64,000 nucleotides of DNA, taken from Lama glama (lineage: Eukaryota). The notes below the pieces were generated by a model that made no database searches, had not been told where the DNA came from, and saw nothing but the letters and a program-made list of their open reading frames with translations. Each line of letters opens with the position of its first letter. The first letter of the stretch is position 1. Position numbers and translations under genes: made by a program. This document shows positions 27,634 to 41,520 of the stretch, one piece after another. The stretch spans positions 14,324,001-14,388,000 of the forward strand of contig CM052832.1 of NCBI GenBank assembly GCA_028534125.1. Reading direction: 5' to 3'.

Positions 27634-27861
27634 TTCCTTACAGGTGAGGAAACTGAGGCCACAGTTCTGATCTGAGGTTAATAAATAGCAGAGCCAGGAA
27701 TGAGAGCAGGGTGGTAAGACTCCCCATCCAGTGCTCCTCTGCCATGCAGCTCTGCCTCTTCCCATGATATGCCACACTGGGTCAACAGCTGCTTGTCAGG
27801 AACTGGTAACCCCACTTTCTAACAAGCCTGAGTACCCAGTAGGATGACTGACCATCCCAAT

Positions 27862-27945
27862 CCCAGGGTTGGCTACCCAAGACCTTCCGTGCTAAACCTG
27901 GGACAGTTCCAGGCACACCAGCTGTGTGACAAGCTGGTCACCTGG
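27862..27945. mobile_element. MER94-like hAT-Blackjack fragment
   Basis: tgctaaacctgggacagttccaggcacacc..gctggtcacc. Confidence 0.5.
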
Positions 27946-29381
27946 GCTATGTCCATGCAACTGACACCCATCATCCTGACTGGGCACTCAACACGTGGCA
28001 GAAAATCAGACGTTAGAGAGGAGGATGGGATTTCTTATGCTGAATGAGTTGACTCAGAGGACAATTATCCAAATAATTGAGTTTTTTTTAAAGTTACTGA
28101 AGGAATTGGAGGGGTTTGTCCTGAATTATAATGGCTAACAGTTTGAGCATACATTCTAACTTTAATGCACTTTCACATTCCAAATCTTAATTATTTGGGC
28201 CCTTAAGGCAAGGCTGTCTGATTAAAATCATTTTTATGAAAGGAGACTGAGGCACAGAGCTGGCCCAGTGACTGAGGCCAGTGCACCTAGCTGTGAGTGA
28301 TGGCTCTTGAAAAAGCCCCTATTTTCTGACCCTTGGGCAAAGCTCTTCACCGCCACCTTTCTGGTCAGGAACCATGGCTAGGGGCCAGATCTTGACTTCT
28401 CTCTTTATTCAATTGTTGGGAAGCAGGAAACCAGAAACTGGGGGTTTCTAAATTCAATTCCAAGGGCCTTGGATTAACACCAAAATAATTCCCTTACTGG
28501 AGACTGGCTATTAGAAAAGAAACTTAGTGGGGCCGAAGAATGATCTTGGTTTGATCAGGTGAGGCTATTTGTTTACCTTTACCTTCCATAATCTGGAAGC
28601 CGAGTTCCTTCTGAGACAGAGTCAGGACTCTCCCTCCCCAAATGCCATTCAGACTGCCCCCAGCCCTAACACTGCTTTCCACTCATGCTGGAGCCGTGGA
28701 CTCTGGACTTCTGAAATTAGAACTGGGGGTGAAATGCTTAGCTGAGCTTTGCCTTTCAATGCCTTTCTTCTCTCTTGGGTTTTAACTGCTTTTTCTGGCC
28801 TCAGGGAATCCCTTGGAAGTTAATAAAACTTACTACATCAAAGGGCTCTACAACCATTACCCTATTAAAACCTCACAGCACTCCTGCAGTAGGTAAGCAT
28901 AATTAACCCCATTTTACAGATAGGGAAACTGAGGTTAATTGGTTTGCCTCCGGCTACTGAGGAAATGATTGTCCTAGCTGGCATTAGAACTGCGGGGGGG
29001 GGGGGGTTGTTCCAATCACCCAAGGGGTGGTGGTTTCCACCAAAATCCGTTTTTCAAAGTGCCTGGATTTGTAAAAATTTCTTTTCCTTCAGAAAACTGA
29101 CTCCTCACCAGAAGTACTGAGGATGAGGAATTTCTCCTAAAGCTGGCTTGTCAGAAAGCAGCAGCTCCTGCCTTCGGCCAGGAGAGGAGGTGCCATAAAA
29201 ATAGATGAAAGCAAAGAGTTCAGTGCAGTAATTTAGGAAACAATTTGGGCCTTTCAGAAATTAATGTTATTTAAAGATGCAGATTCATCCACCCCAGGGG
29301 CCTCCTGGGAGTGCTTCCCGAACCATCTGGTTCAATCACCTCATTTTCTTTCCCCTAATCCTCCTGGCTCTCGTGTGCTTA

Positions 29382-29413
29382 CGAACAGTGAACAGCGAAC
29401 AGCGAACAGCGAA
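29382..29413. repeat. 7 bp tandem repeat (CGAACAG) x ~4.5
   Basis: cgaacag tgaacag cgaacag cgaacag cgaa. Confidence 0.9.
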
Positions 29414-30459
29414 GGTTCCTGGGGACCTTGCAGCATGAATAAAAAGCAAAGACCTTTCTCTTTCACCAGCCACCTCTCCTCTTTTCTAAACAGCATTAAA
29501 TTCCTAATCCTGTTTATTCTTAGTGGGGGCATAAAATTCATGTTCTAACAGACAATAAGGAGATCTGTGGAGGCCTATGTCCCAGGGCTTCTGTCCTCCT
29601 GGTTTGGGTCCAGCCAAGATGGTTGGGATATCTTTACCCCATTCTCTGAGAGGACCTACAAAACCTGGTGGTATTTGGGAATAAATTTGCCCAGGCCTGC
29701 TGAAGGAGGAAGCCAAAAAATTTTTTTTTGGTCTGGTTAAAGCTATCCATGAACCACAGGGAAGATTTCAAAGGCTCAGGTAAGTGTTTTCAAAAGGAGG
29801 GTTTCAGCACAGTCCCAACTGTGTAAGTCCCGCTTCTTGCTGTTCAAGTCCAATTATAATCCACAAAGGCAGGATGCTGTGTTTACATAAATAATTACCA
29901 GATTTCGGATAGCCAGACGTGTTGCAGCACACAGAAGGCAAGCCCATAAATTACATTTGGGGAATTAAGGGTCAGATTGATCTTATCTCTCTAAATCCGG
30001 CCAAATTCCGGCAAGCTCAAGGGACATCCGGTTGACTGAGCCTCAGGAGGCCTGGGCCTCAGAAACCAGTGATCCTGAGGATGGCGCTACCCAACCCCCC
30101 TCCACACCTCCCTTTCTGCTTCTCCTTGCTCCAGTTTGCTGGCTGGCTCAAAGAGATGGGGGTGGCAGGAGAGAACTGTCCCAACTTGCTCTTTGCCCAA
30201 CCTGCAAGGAAGGAAGGCAGGAGAGGCATGTAGGCAACTCACTTCTATCCTCTCTTTTTCCTCCTGGACCACACAGGATCTTGCTCCTGAAACAACAGAG
30301 GTGATGTAGGACTAGTGATGGGAGACATCAAAGCAATGAGACTAACAGGACTGGGCCTCTGCTGGAGATTTCCCTCCTGTACAGGCCAAACCTCCATGTT
30401 GTCATTCATTCAACAGAAACATATTCAGGACCCACCACATCCCCAGTGCCACGGCACAG

Positions 30460-30695
30460 CACAGTGGATGAGGAGGGCTCAGGCTGTGGAACCGCAGTGC
30501 TCGATTTGAACCCTGGCTCTACTGGGCACCCTGGGCAAGTGACCTAACTCTCCTGGCTCTGCTTCCTCATCTGGAAAGTGGGATAATGACAGCACCACTC
30601 CCTAAGAGTGAGGTGAGGATTAATGAAGTCATTCATAAAGAGCTCTTAGAACAAGGCCTGACACATAGTATGTTGATTATTGCTGTTATTATTAT
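30460..30695 (+). mobile_element. MIR SINE, near full length
   Basis: ttgaaccctggctctact..ccctgggcaagtgacctaac..ttcctcatctggaaagtgggataat..gtgaggattaatga..cctgacacatagta. Confidence 0.8.
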
Positions 30696-33600
30696 TACTA
30701 TGACTATGTGAGGCACATGTGGGCCTCTGTGCTAAACGTGGTTACAAGCTGGTTGAGACAGAATTCCCACATTTAACACAAAGGGTGTGACAAGGCAGTG
30801 TGGTTGATTAAGTACCAAGTGAATGGAAAAGACAATTAAGTTCTAAGAAGCAGGCAAAAGGGTGAGATCGCTGTGCGATCTTGGAGGAAGGAAGGCTGAG
30901 GCTGGGCTTGGAGGGTGTGCAAGATCTGGCGGGACCACTGAAGGGCATAACAGATGTGGGGAGAGCACGAGACGGGGTTCGAGAGTCCCAAGAATCCATA
31001 AGAATTAAGCTAGTCACAGTGTTATGCAAGTCTGATGCTTCCAAGAGTATAAACCAAACCTCTTCAATTAAGATTCCCAAATCCAAATGTTAGCCTCTCT
31101 TATACAGAAAGACATACTGATTTGTGTTAACTTCATCTGACAAAACAGTATTAGCAAGTGGAGCAGCAGAATACATTGTGAAGAGACTAGAATAGGCTGG
31201 ATAAATAGAGCCTTCATTTACCAAATGGGGAGAAGAGGCATATTGATAGAGATGTTATTGAAATAACCTAATATTGTTTGGTGAAGTAGAAAGTATTCTA
31301 CCCAAAGAGTGTTCTATTCATTCAATCATTTTAAAAAATATTGAGTGTTTACTATATGCCAGGCACTCAGGGAGACTCTAGTAGTGACAATAAACATGGT
31401 GTCTGCTATAGATGTATTGATCTCATATTTTTCATCTTCTGTAAGTTATAAAACAATTTAAAATCAATTTAAAAAGCAGATGCACATGAAGCAAGCATTT
31501 CAAGAACATTTCTATATTGTGCGTTTCTACAAAATTTTTAATCTGCCTCCATGCAATTTCATAAATGAATCTAGTCTTCATTTGAGTAAGAATGACAATG
31601 ATTTATTATTGAACATTTAAAATTTAACCCAATCACTGACAGTTGAATTTCTAACCAAACTTTTGCTTGCATATCACTGCTTAGAAAGGATAAGGAAGAA
31701 TTTGAAGAGAAAGAAAGACTTTCTCTTCCAGCCAAAGAGTAATAGGGACTAGATATACTCTCCCACCTGAAACAACCAAAAAGACAAACAGACAGAAATA
31801 CATGAAATGATGGTTTTCAGGCCATTTCAGGCAATGAAGGATGGTTACTGAGAGACAGGAAAAAAAACAAGGTAAGCCCTACAATTGCCCAAGCTTACTG
31901 CCTTATGAGGGTGTCCAGGATGCTGCGCTGGAAGGAAAAACCCAGGCAGAGCTCAGCCAACTCTCTGAGTTGAGAATTCTCTGCCTGAGTACAGTGATAA
32001 AAGTCTGGGGAGGCTAAGGTGGCCAGAATTTGCAGGACTGGAGAGGAGAGAGCCGCACAGAGAACTGGAGATCTACAGAGGGTCTCCCTCAAGTATTCAG
32101 CATGACTGACCCACGGGGGTGAGGAAACTATCCAAAGCTGGGGAAAGAAGCACCTGAAAAGATTAGGAAAAAACGCTAGTGTTCACATAGAGCTAGAAAC
32201 AGTGTCTATTCCCACCAGCCAGACTGGAAAACTTCCTAAGTCATGGGGCATTGGGTAGAAATTCAAAAAGGTATTACCTTAGTAATGGGGAATCATTAAC
32301 CCTACACTAAATATGGCTCTGGTCCTACCTAACAGCTCTTAAAAGTAAGACCAAAAGGATCAAACCATTTCCAAGTAATCTAACTAGCTTCCATAACAAA
32401 GCTCAAGAATATAGAAATACCAAAACATCCGGCACCCAACAAGGTAAAATTCACAATGTCTGGCATGTAAACAAAGATTATCAGGTATGCAAAATATGAC
32501 CCATAATGAGGAGAAAAATCAGTCAATCAAAATTGACCCAGAACTAACACAGATGTTGCAATTAGTGGCCAAGGATGTTAAACCAGCTATTATAACTGCA
32601 TTCCACATGTTCACAAATATGTATGTTATAAAAAAGATGTAAACCAAACTTTGAGAGATGAAAACTAAATGAGTGAGATGAAAGTCACACTGGCTAGGGT
32701 TAACAGCAGATTAGACATTGCAGAAGAAAATTTTAGTAAACAGGAAGACGTAACGATAGAAATTATTCAAAATAAAGCATACAGAAAAAAAAAGGTTAAG
32801 AAATGAAAAGAGCATTAGTGCACTATTAGACAATTTCCAGCAACCTAATGTATATAACTGGAGTCGCTGGAAAGAGGCTGGAGGACAGACGATTTACTTG
32901 AAGAATTAATGGCCAAATTTTTTCTAAGTTTGCTGAAAACTGTAAATTCACAGATCCAGGAAGCTCAATGAGCCCCAAGCACAAGAAACCTGTAAGAGAA
33001 CTATGCCAACGGACGTGTGATCCAGATGCTCAACACCTGTGCTAAAGAGAACATCTCAGAAGCAGCCAGAGGGAAAAAAGACACATCATATACAGAAAAA
33101 CAAATGTAAGGACAGCGGCAGGTTTCTCACTGGAAACAGTTCAAGGGAGAAGACAGTGGAGCAAAATATTTTAAGTCCTGAAAGGAAAAAATCTAAATCC
33201 TCTACTCAGAAAAAATCTCCAGAAATGAAGGTACAATGCAGGTCTTTTCGCACATACAAAAGCTGACAGAATGCATCGCCCACAGAAGTGCACTGTAAGA
33301 AATATTAAAGGAAGTCCTTCAGGCAGAAGGAAAATGATACCAGATGGAGACATGGACCCGCCCAAAGGAATGAAGAGCCCTGGAAAAGGGAAGCACATGG
33401 GTAATAACAAGTATTTTTTAAAACTCTGTATATTTCTTTAAAGATAACTGATTGCTTAAACAAACAAACAAAAAAATTTATAATGTATTGTGTGGTTTAT
33501 TACATATGTGTAAGTAAAAAGTATGACAATAAGAGTTTAAAGGCTAGAAGGAGAGAAATAGACATATTCTATAGTAAGGTTCTTATATGTGAAATTGTAT

Positions 33601-33846
33601 ATCAATTAAAGGCAGACTGTGTTAAGATATGTATACCATAAACCTTAAAGCAACCACTAAAATAACAAAATGAAGAATTAAAGCTGCTAAACCAACAAAA
33701 TAAAATGGAATCATTAGAAAATACTCAATTAATCCAAAAGAATGCATAAGAGAAAAAAAAAAGAAATGGAACAAATGTAAAACAATAGGAAAATGATAGA
33801 CTTAAACTTAACCTTATAAATAATCACATTAAAAGTAAATGGTCTA

Positions 33847-34387
33847 TACTGTATGATATCACTTATATGAGGGAACTAGAGTAGCCAAACTCATAGAAAT
33901 AGAAAGTAAGGTAAACAAGTTCATACTGTATAGCACAGGAAACTATATTCAATATCTTATAGTAACTTAAGGTGAAAAAGGATATGAAAATGAATATATG
34001 TATGTTCATGTATGACTGAAGCTTTATGCTGTACATCAGAAATTGACACAAAATTGTTAACTGACTATACTTCGTTAAAAAAAAAAAAATATATATATAT
34101 ATATATCCACACACACACACACACACAAAAAGAAAAGAAACAGAAAGTAGAATCGTGGTTGCCAGGGGATTGGGGAGGGGGAAATGAGTAGTTATTTTTT
34201 ATGGGTATAGAGTTTCAGTTTTGCAAGGTGAGAAATTCTTAGAGATAGTTTGCACAACAATGTGAATATACTTAACACTACTAAACTGTATACTTAAATT
34301 GGTTAAGATGGTAATTTTTATGTTATGTATATTTTATCACAATTAAAACCAAACCAAAATATTCACATATTTCTTTGAGGTTAAAAA
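33847..34387 (+). mobile_element. L1 3'-end fragment nested in the long L1
   Basis: atactgtatgat..gtggttgccagggga..agagtttcagttttgcaag..ggttaagatggtaa..cacaattaaaa; degenerate TSD aaagtaaatggtcta / aaaataaattgtcta. Confidence 0.8.
33909..34135 (+). mobile_element. Young L1 3' end with A/(TA)/(CA) tail, third nesting level
   Basis: actgtatagcacaggaaactatattcaatatctt..tgctgtacatcagaaattgacaca; TSD agaaa(t/c)agaaagta at 33895-33908 and 34136-34149. Confidence 0.85.
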
Positions 34388-34564
34388 AAAATAAATTGTC
34401 TAAATGCTCTAATTAAATAGCAGATATTGTTAGATTGGATAAAAAAGGAAGACCAAATTATATGGTACATATAAGAAACACATTTTAAAGACACGGATGT
34501 CTCAGAAAGTAAAAGAGTGGGAAAAGATATACCATGCTAACACTAATCAAAAGAAAGATGGACC

Positions 34565-34800
34565 TGGTGTTGTGATGTACAACATGGTGACCACAATGAG
34601 TAATACTGCATATTGGAAAGTTGCTAAGAGAGTCGATCTTTAAAGTTCTTACCACAAGAAAGAAAATTTGTAACTATGTGTGGTAATGGATGTTACCTAG
34701 ACTTATTGTGGTGATCATTTTGCAATATATATGTATATCAAATCAATATGTTGTACACCTGAAACTAATATAATGTTATGTGTCAATTATATCTCAAAAA
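34565..34800 (+). mobile_element. L1 3'-end fragment (L1MA9-like) nested in the long L1
   Basis: gaaagttgctaagagagt..tgtggtgatcattttgcaat..tgttgtacacctgaaactaatataatgttatgtgtcaattatatctcaa. Confidence 0.8.
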
Positions 34801-37456
34801 ACATGTCTATGACTTGGAAAGATGTCTGATATATTATTAGATTAAAAGTAGTTGTGAGAAAAAGAAAAAAGAGAAATGTAGTGGTTATAGTAACATCAGA
34901 CAAAGTAAATTTCAGAGCAAAGAATGTTGCCAGGTATAAAGATCATTTTATAATCATAAAGCAGGCAACTCATCAAGATGAGTTAATTTTAAAAATTTAT
35001 ATACCTGATAACAGAGTTTCAAAATATGTGAAGCAAAAACTGTTAGAACTGCAAGGAGAAATCGATCACAATTATAATAGGAGATTTCAGTGCTCTCTCT
35101 TAATAATTGATATACAAGTAGGCAGAAAATAATCAAGGGTATAGAAGATGAACACCATCAGTCAACTTGACCTGATTGACATTTACAGAACACGCCATCC
35201 AACAACAGCAGAATGCACATTCTTTTTAAATGCACATACCCAAACAGGCCATATTCTGGACAACAGAATAAGTCTCAATTAATTTTAAAAGATTCAAGCC
35301 ATAAAAAATATGTCTTCTCATCACAATGGAATTAAATTAGGTCAAAAACAGAACGATTCTTGGAAAATGTCCAAATATTTGGAAGCTAGATAACATACTT
35401 CTAAATAACCCGTGGGTCAAATGAAAAATACAAAAGGGAAAATAGAATGTATTCTGAATGGAATGAAATGAAAACTCAACATACCAAAATTTGCGGGCTA
35501 CTACTAAATTAGTACTTAAAAGGTCTCAAATCAATATAATCTCAGCTTCCACCATAAGGAACTAGAAAAAGAAGAGCAAATGAAACCCAAAGTAAGCAGA
35601 AGAAAGGAAAGAGTAAAGATCAGAGCAGAAATTAATGAAATGGAAAACAGAAAAACAATAAAGAAAATCAGTGAAGCCAAAAGGTAGTTCTCTGAGAAGA
35701 TCAATAGTATTGATAAACCTTTAGCCACAGGAAAAGAGAGGAGACATAAATTAACAATATCAGTAATGAGAGAGGTGACCTCACTACAAATTTTACAGGT
35801 AAAAAAGGACAATAATGGGATATGACAAACAACTTTGCTGATGTCAACAGCGAACAATAAATGACATTAGATAACTTAGATGCAATGGACAAATTCCTAT
35901 GGACAAACTATTAAAACTCACTCAGTAAGAAGTGGTAACCTGAATAGCCCAGTATCTGTTAAAGAAATTGGAGTTGTAGCTTAAAACCTCCCCCAAAGAA
36001 AACTCCAGGCCTAGATGGGTTCACTGGTAAATTCTGCAAATATTTAAAGGAGAAGAAAATACCAATTATATACAAACTCAGAAAACTGAAGAAGAGAAAA
36101 ACTTTCCAATTCATTCTGAGGCCAGTATTACCCTGATACTAAAACCAGATAAACAAATTTATAAGAAAAGAAAACTACAGACCAATAGCCCTCATGAACA
36201 TAGATGAAAAATTTCCAAACAAAATTTTAGCAAATAAAAAATCAATATATGAAAAGACAGAGTGCATCATGACTAAATGGGATTTATTCCAGAGAGGCAA
36301 GTTTGAATTAACATTTGTATAATTCACAATACGAACAAAGTAAGAAAGAAAAACTGTATGATCATCTCAATAGATGCAGAAAACAATTTTGGCAATATGA
36401 CAACATCCTTTCCTGGTTAAAAACTCTAAGCAAACTAGTAGTAGAAGGGAAGTTCTTCAGCCTGATGAAGAGCATCTGTGAAAAACCTATAGCTAACATA
36501 CTTAATGATGAGATTGAATGCTTTTCCTCTAAGATGAGGAGCAAGGTAAGGGATACCTGCTGTCACCACTTTATCCAACATTGTACTAAAGGTTTTAGCT
36601 GGTGCAATAAGGCAAGAAAAAAATAGGCATCCATACTGGAAAGGAAGAAGTAAAACTTTTTAAATTCAAGACAACATGACAGCAGAAGCGTAATCCATAA
36701 AGAAATATTGATGAATCAGACAATCAAAAGGGAAAAAAAATCTCTGCTTTATTAGACACTATTAAGAGAATGAAAAGTCACAGAGAAAAATATTTGCAAA
36801 ACGTATAGCTGATAAATGATCAGAATATGCAAAGAACTCTCTTACAGCTCAATAATAATAAAGCAATTCAGTTTTTAAAATGAGCAAGAGATTTGAAAGA
36901 CACTTCACCAAAGGAGGCATCTGGGTGACAAACAAGCACAAGAAGAGATGCTCAACATTATTAGTCATCAAGGAGAGGCAAATTAAACCACGGTGAAAAA
37001 CTACTACACCCTTACCAGAATGGCTTAAAGAAAAAAAAAGACTGACAATACCAAGTGTTGGTAAGAATGTGGAACAACTGAAACTTTTGTACGCTGCTGG
37101 TGGATATATAAAATGAGACAACCACTTTGGAGAAATGTTTGGCAGTTTCTTATAAAATTAAACATACTTACCATATAATCCAGCAACTCCATTCCTAGGT
37201 ATTTACCTAGGAGAAATGAAAACATATGTCCACAAAAAGACATACTAGAATATTTATAGGAGCTTTGTTCATAAAATTCCAAACTAGAAATATGCCAAAT
37301 ATCTATCAATAGATAAATGGATAAACAAACTGGGGAATATTCATAGAATGGACTAATACTCTGCAATAAAAAGGAAAAACTACCGATAAATGCCACAGAA
37401 TGGATGAATCACACAGACATTATGCTGAGTCATAGAAGTTATACACATAAGACTTC

Positions 37457-37835
37457 TGTAATGGACTGAATTGTGTCCCCAAGTTCGTACATTGAGGCTC
37501 TAACCAATGTGACTTTATTTGCAGACAGGGCCTTTAAAGAGGTAATTAAGGTTAAATGAGGTCATAAAGGTGGTGGGGCCCTAATCCATTAGGACTGGTG
37601 TCCTTGTAATAAAAAGGAAGAGACACCAGAGATGTGCCCACACAGAGAAAGGCCATGTAGGGACACAGAGAGAAGGTGGTCACCCGCACGTCAAAGAGAG
37701 AGGGCTTAGGAGAAACCAAACCTGTGGACACCTTGATCTTGGTCTTCCAGCCTCTAGAACTGTGAGAAAATAAACTTCTGTTGTTTAAGCCTCCCAGTCT
37801 GTGGTATTTTATGGCAGCCCTAGCTGACTAATACA
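37457..37835 (+). mobile_element. MaLR solo LTR (MLT1A/B-like) nested in L1 3'UTR
   Basis: Starts tgtaatggactgaattgtgtcccc; internal gggccctaatcca..gactggtgtcctt; ends cttccagcctctagaactgtgagaaaataaacttctgttgtttaagcc..gcagccctagctgactaataca. Confidence 0.9.
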
Positions 37836-39579
37836 ACTATATATTGTATAACTCCATTTATATGAAGTTTTAAAACAGGTAAAAATAAGCTAGAATGAGA
37901 GAGAGCAGATCCCTGGTTGCCTGGGGCCTGGAACAAGGAGATGGGTACTGACTGCAAATGGGCACGAGGGAACTTTTGGGTGTGAGGGAAGCATATTCTG
38001 TTTGACTGTGGTGGTGGTTACTTGGTACATATATTTGTCAAAACTCTGAAGAATATATGCTTAAAATTGGTGAATTTTATTCATGAAAATTATACTTCAA
38101 TAAAGTTTATTTTAAAGGAAATAAAATATTTTGTAAAAAGTATACGCAATTCTTGAATGCAATGTAAGGGAATTTTGAAGTCTTCCAATGCTTCCTATCT
38201 TTCATTTTGCAGTTTTGGATTTTTAGAGAGGTGTCTCCCCAGCAAAGGCAGCTGTGGGTAGTTTCAGCCCTTTATCCAAAGAAGGATACAGATGGAGCTC
38301 TTCATGCTAAAGGCCCACAGAGTTATAACCATGTATTTCCTTTAATGTGTTCAGGAAAAACAGCCAACATTAAACATTAACATTCAAAGGTATTTTGTAC
38401 TTAAAAAATTCTTAATATAAAATTTGTATTTTTTAAAAAACAGAGTCCTCATTTCTATCATCATCTGATAAAGTTTTACTTAGCCTGGGGGCCTAGTCTT
38501 TCCTGGTGTCTGGTTCTCCAACTTAGACTGGATGTGACATCAAAGCCCCTCTGGGATGCTTGCCTCACAGAGTCTGAAAATCCTCGCTGGGGGTGCTAGG
38601 AGGTCTCTGCCCTAATTAGAGGGCCAACTATTAACCTTTCTAACTACGGCAACTCTTGCTTCTTTCCTCTCCATAGAGTAAAAGAGAGGAGACTTGGATT
38701 ATACAATTTTAAAACTTTTTGCCAGCTGTATTATTCTCTGAGCCTATGATGTTAGGTTCATTCATTGGTTCTCTCGGTTCTCTCACTCATTCAACTATAT
38801 AATGAGTTCTCTCTCCTGCTTAATTCTATAGTCGGGGCTCGGGACACAGCAGTGAAGGAGACAGACATGGTTTATGCCTTCATGTTGCTTGTATTGGAGT
38901 TGAGAGCTGCACGCATCCCAAGGTGAGCACGCTTAAACGATAAGGAATGTATTGGCTCGATGCTTGGGAATCTTAGGCAGGAGGCTGGGTTTCAGGGGTT
39001 CCCTGAGACTGTGTAGTGAGGCTGGCATTAAGATGGACACTTGCCAGCCTTCCACCTGGGAAGACAAAGTCAAAATCCAGGAGAAAGACTCTTCCTGAAA
39101 GGAGTGTGATGAACTAGACTGAGGAAGAACGTTGCCAGAAGCCTCCAGCTGACCCCTCCTTGTGCCCCATTTGCCGGATTTGTGTCACGTGCTGTCTCTG
39201 AAACAGTTGCTGTAACAGAGATGGGATTCCCCTTAGACCAATTAGGCTTCTTCATGCAACTGGCTGTAGTAGGAATGAGCTGTGCATGTCTTGCAGACCA
39301 AAAACTAGGTGCCCTGCTTTATTCTAGCTGGGCTATATTAACTTGAATATTCACTTAGAAAATTTAAGCATTGGTTCAAGGCAGCTGATCACCCTTTAGC
39401 AACTTTCAGAAGCACTGACTTCGAATACTAGTTTCAACTATAAACTAATTCAAGAGAATAACCTTACACAAAACATACCAGATATATTCAGATGTTTCAC
39501 AATATGACTCTTGAGGGACAGTTGGTAAAGACTGCTCCGAGGAGGCAACTCTAGAGCTGGCTCTGGAAGCACAGAGCTT

Positions 39580-39772
39580 GGCTATGAGTTCCGGGCTCTG
39601 AGACCTACTAGCTGGATAAGTCCCTTAGGCTCTTGGAGCCTCAGTTTCCTTTCCTGTAAAATGGACACTATAATACCTTCTTTGTGGGATTTGTGAGAGG
39701 ACTAAATTAGATAATATATGTGACGCTCCTTAGCGTATTGCCTGACACGTAGTGAGTGCTCAATATTATTAT
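39580..39772 (+). mobile_element. MIR SINE
   Basis: gagcctcagtttcctttcctgtaaaatgg..ataatacct..gtgagtgctcaata. Confidence 0.75.
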
Positions 39773-41520
39773 TCACATGTGCAGAGCCACTCTATTTGAC
39801 AACATACTAGGTACACCTGGATAGTTCTGTTTGTTTCTGACCCGCATCTTCATCTTCTCAAAATCTGATTTTAGGTCACAGTTGACCAAGAGTAGAAGTA
39901 GTATGTACAGGTATTTGTCTGTCCTCCACCTGCATTGCTTTTCTTGTATGCCCCAGCACCTACACTTATCAGGAGGTGATGAGAAAGACTGGTCAAGGGC
40001 TGTGAGGTCAGACTCCCTGGGTTCAAGTCCCTGTCTTACCATTTATTTACTGTGTGACCCTGGACAGGAAACTGAAGTTCTCCTCATCTGTAAAGTGGCT
40101 GTAAAAACATTTGTCTTAGGGTTGTTGTGAGAATGATGGACGTCTATGTGAAGGGCTCCCTGAGGTCTTGGCACATGGTAAGAACCTGATATGTGTTGTG
40201 TGGTGTTATTCTTACTATTTCATCTATCAGTCACGACTCCTGACACTGTTCTTGTCAGTTTGTCTCAGTCTTTCTCCTTCATTCCAGCTGCTGTTTCCAT
40301 CTGCATGCTGAATATTTTTTCACAAAGATTCAACCAAACTTCATTCTCAAACTCTTAAAATACACCTAAATTGCACCCATCCACTCTCTGCTTTCCCCGA
40401 ATTTCCTCCTCCACCTCCCTGGAGTCATTCTTTCAATTATTATCAGCACCTGTGGGAAACAAAGAGCTTTATTTCACGTTTCAAGAATTCCAGATATCAG
40501 AAAGCCTTGCTTTCTCCCACTTCCCACAAATTCTCATAGCTGTGGGGCACTTCCACCCAGCTTAAGAAGAATGAGCCCAGAGCTGTAAGGTGACTTGCCC
40601 AGGGTCGCCAGCACTTGGGCGGCAGAAGGAATTCAGGCCTCCCCTTTCACTGCTCCATGTCTCACTGTTCTCTGTGCCATAGAACCACTTCTCCCTAGTC
40701 GTCCTAAGGGCCCCTGGCAGGCTCACAGTCTCAGGCTTGGGGAGGCAAGGCTAGGGGGCTCTAAGTAGTTCCTGAAACTACTGAAAATCAGATTTCATAA
40801 GCCCAGTCTCCTGTTATCCTTAATTGTGCACTGGGGAAGAGGGGAGGGCAGAGGTGGGGGGCTAGCTCTTTTGAGATTATGCAAGTATTGTGAGCAAAGT
40901 AAAACCCAAAGTGAAGGATGTGAGACATTCTGAGTGTGCCTCTGTAGGCTGCAAATGGGTACAAGAGATATAGTGTGCAGGGGTGATGAGCGGTTGAGCC
41001 AGTGCCTTTCAATGTGAGAACTTCTGTAGCGTGGAATGTGAAGGTTGCCAAGGGAGCCTTCCAGTCTCTTCTTGCATTCCCATGTCTCTGAGCCCGGACA
41101 GGTCTCAGGTACTAACTCTGCTGCTGACTGGGATGGGGGTGGGGACGCTAATGTGGGTCACATGCAGGCTCCACGCGGGATTCAGACACCAAAACAGCCA
41201 TCTCGCTCCTCATGTTCCTACTTCCTCAGACTACTGAAGTCAGAAAATTCTTGCCATTCCTGAGCTGGTAACAGAGACCCAGACCCAGTGACCTCCTTTT
41301 GTTCCTGCCGGGGGCTGCAGCCCCTCTGCAAGTTTAAACTGTTCAAATGAGCTTCGGCTTCATCTCTTAGATATGTCAGTGGAGGACAGGGGAGGGGGAA
41401 GGGAGCACGGAGAAGAGTCCACAAGGTGAAAGGGGATGGCCACGATTTCCCTGTTCTCCCACCATGCCATGGGAAGAAAAAAAGTCCCAAAGTAAAGCTG
41501 GAGTTTAAAACTGTTCTCTG

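Larger units (their letters stand above)
31720..38115 (+). mobile_element. Long degenerate L1 (5' region, ORF1, ORF2 remnants, 3'UTR) with nested insertions
   Basis: ORF 34854-35132 (SDKVNFRAKNV..HFIIIK..HQDELILKIYIPDNRVSKYVKQKLLELQGEID) resembles L1 endonuclease; 36120-36660 RT-region remnants (aaagaaaactacagaccaat); 3' end ttatacttcaataaa at ~38100. Many frameshifts and stops. Confidence 0.88.

Noticed and set aside
31720..38115. Possible intact L1
   Set aside because: ORF1/ORF2 are broken by many stops, deletions and nested elements.
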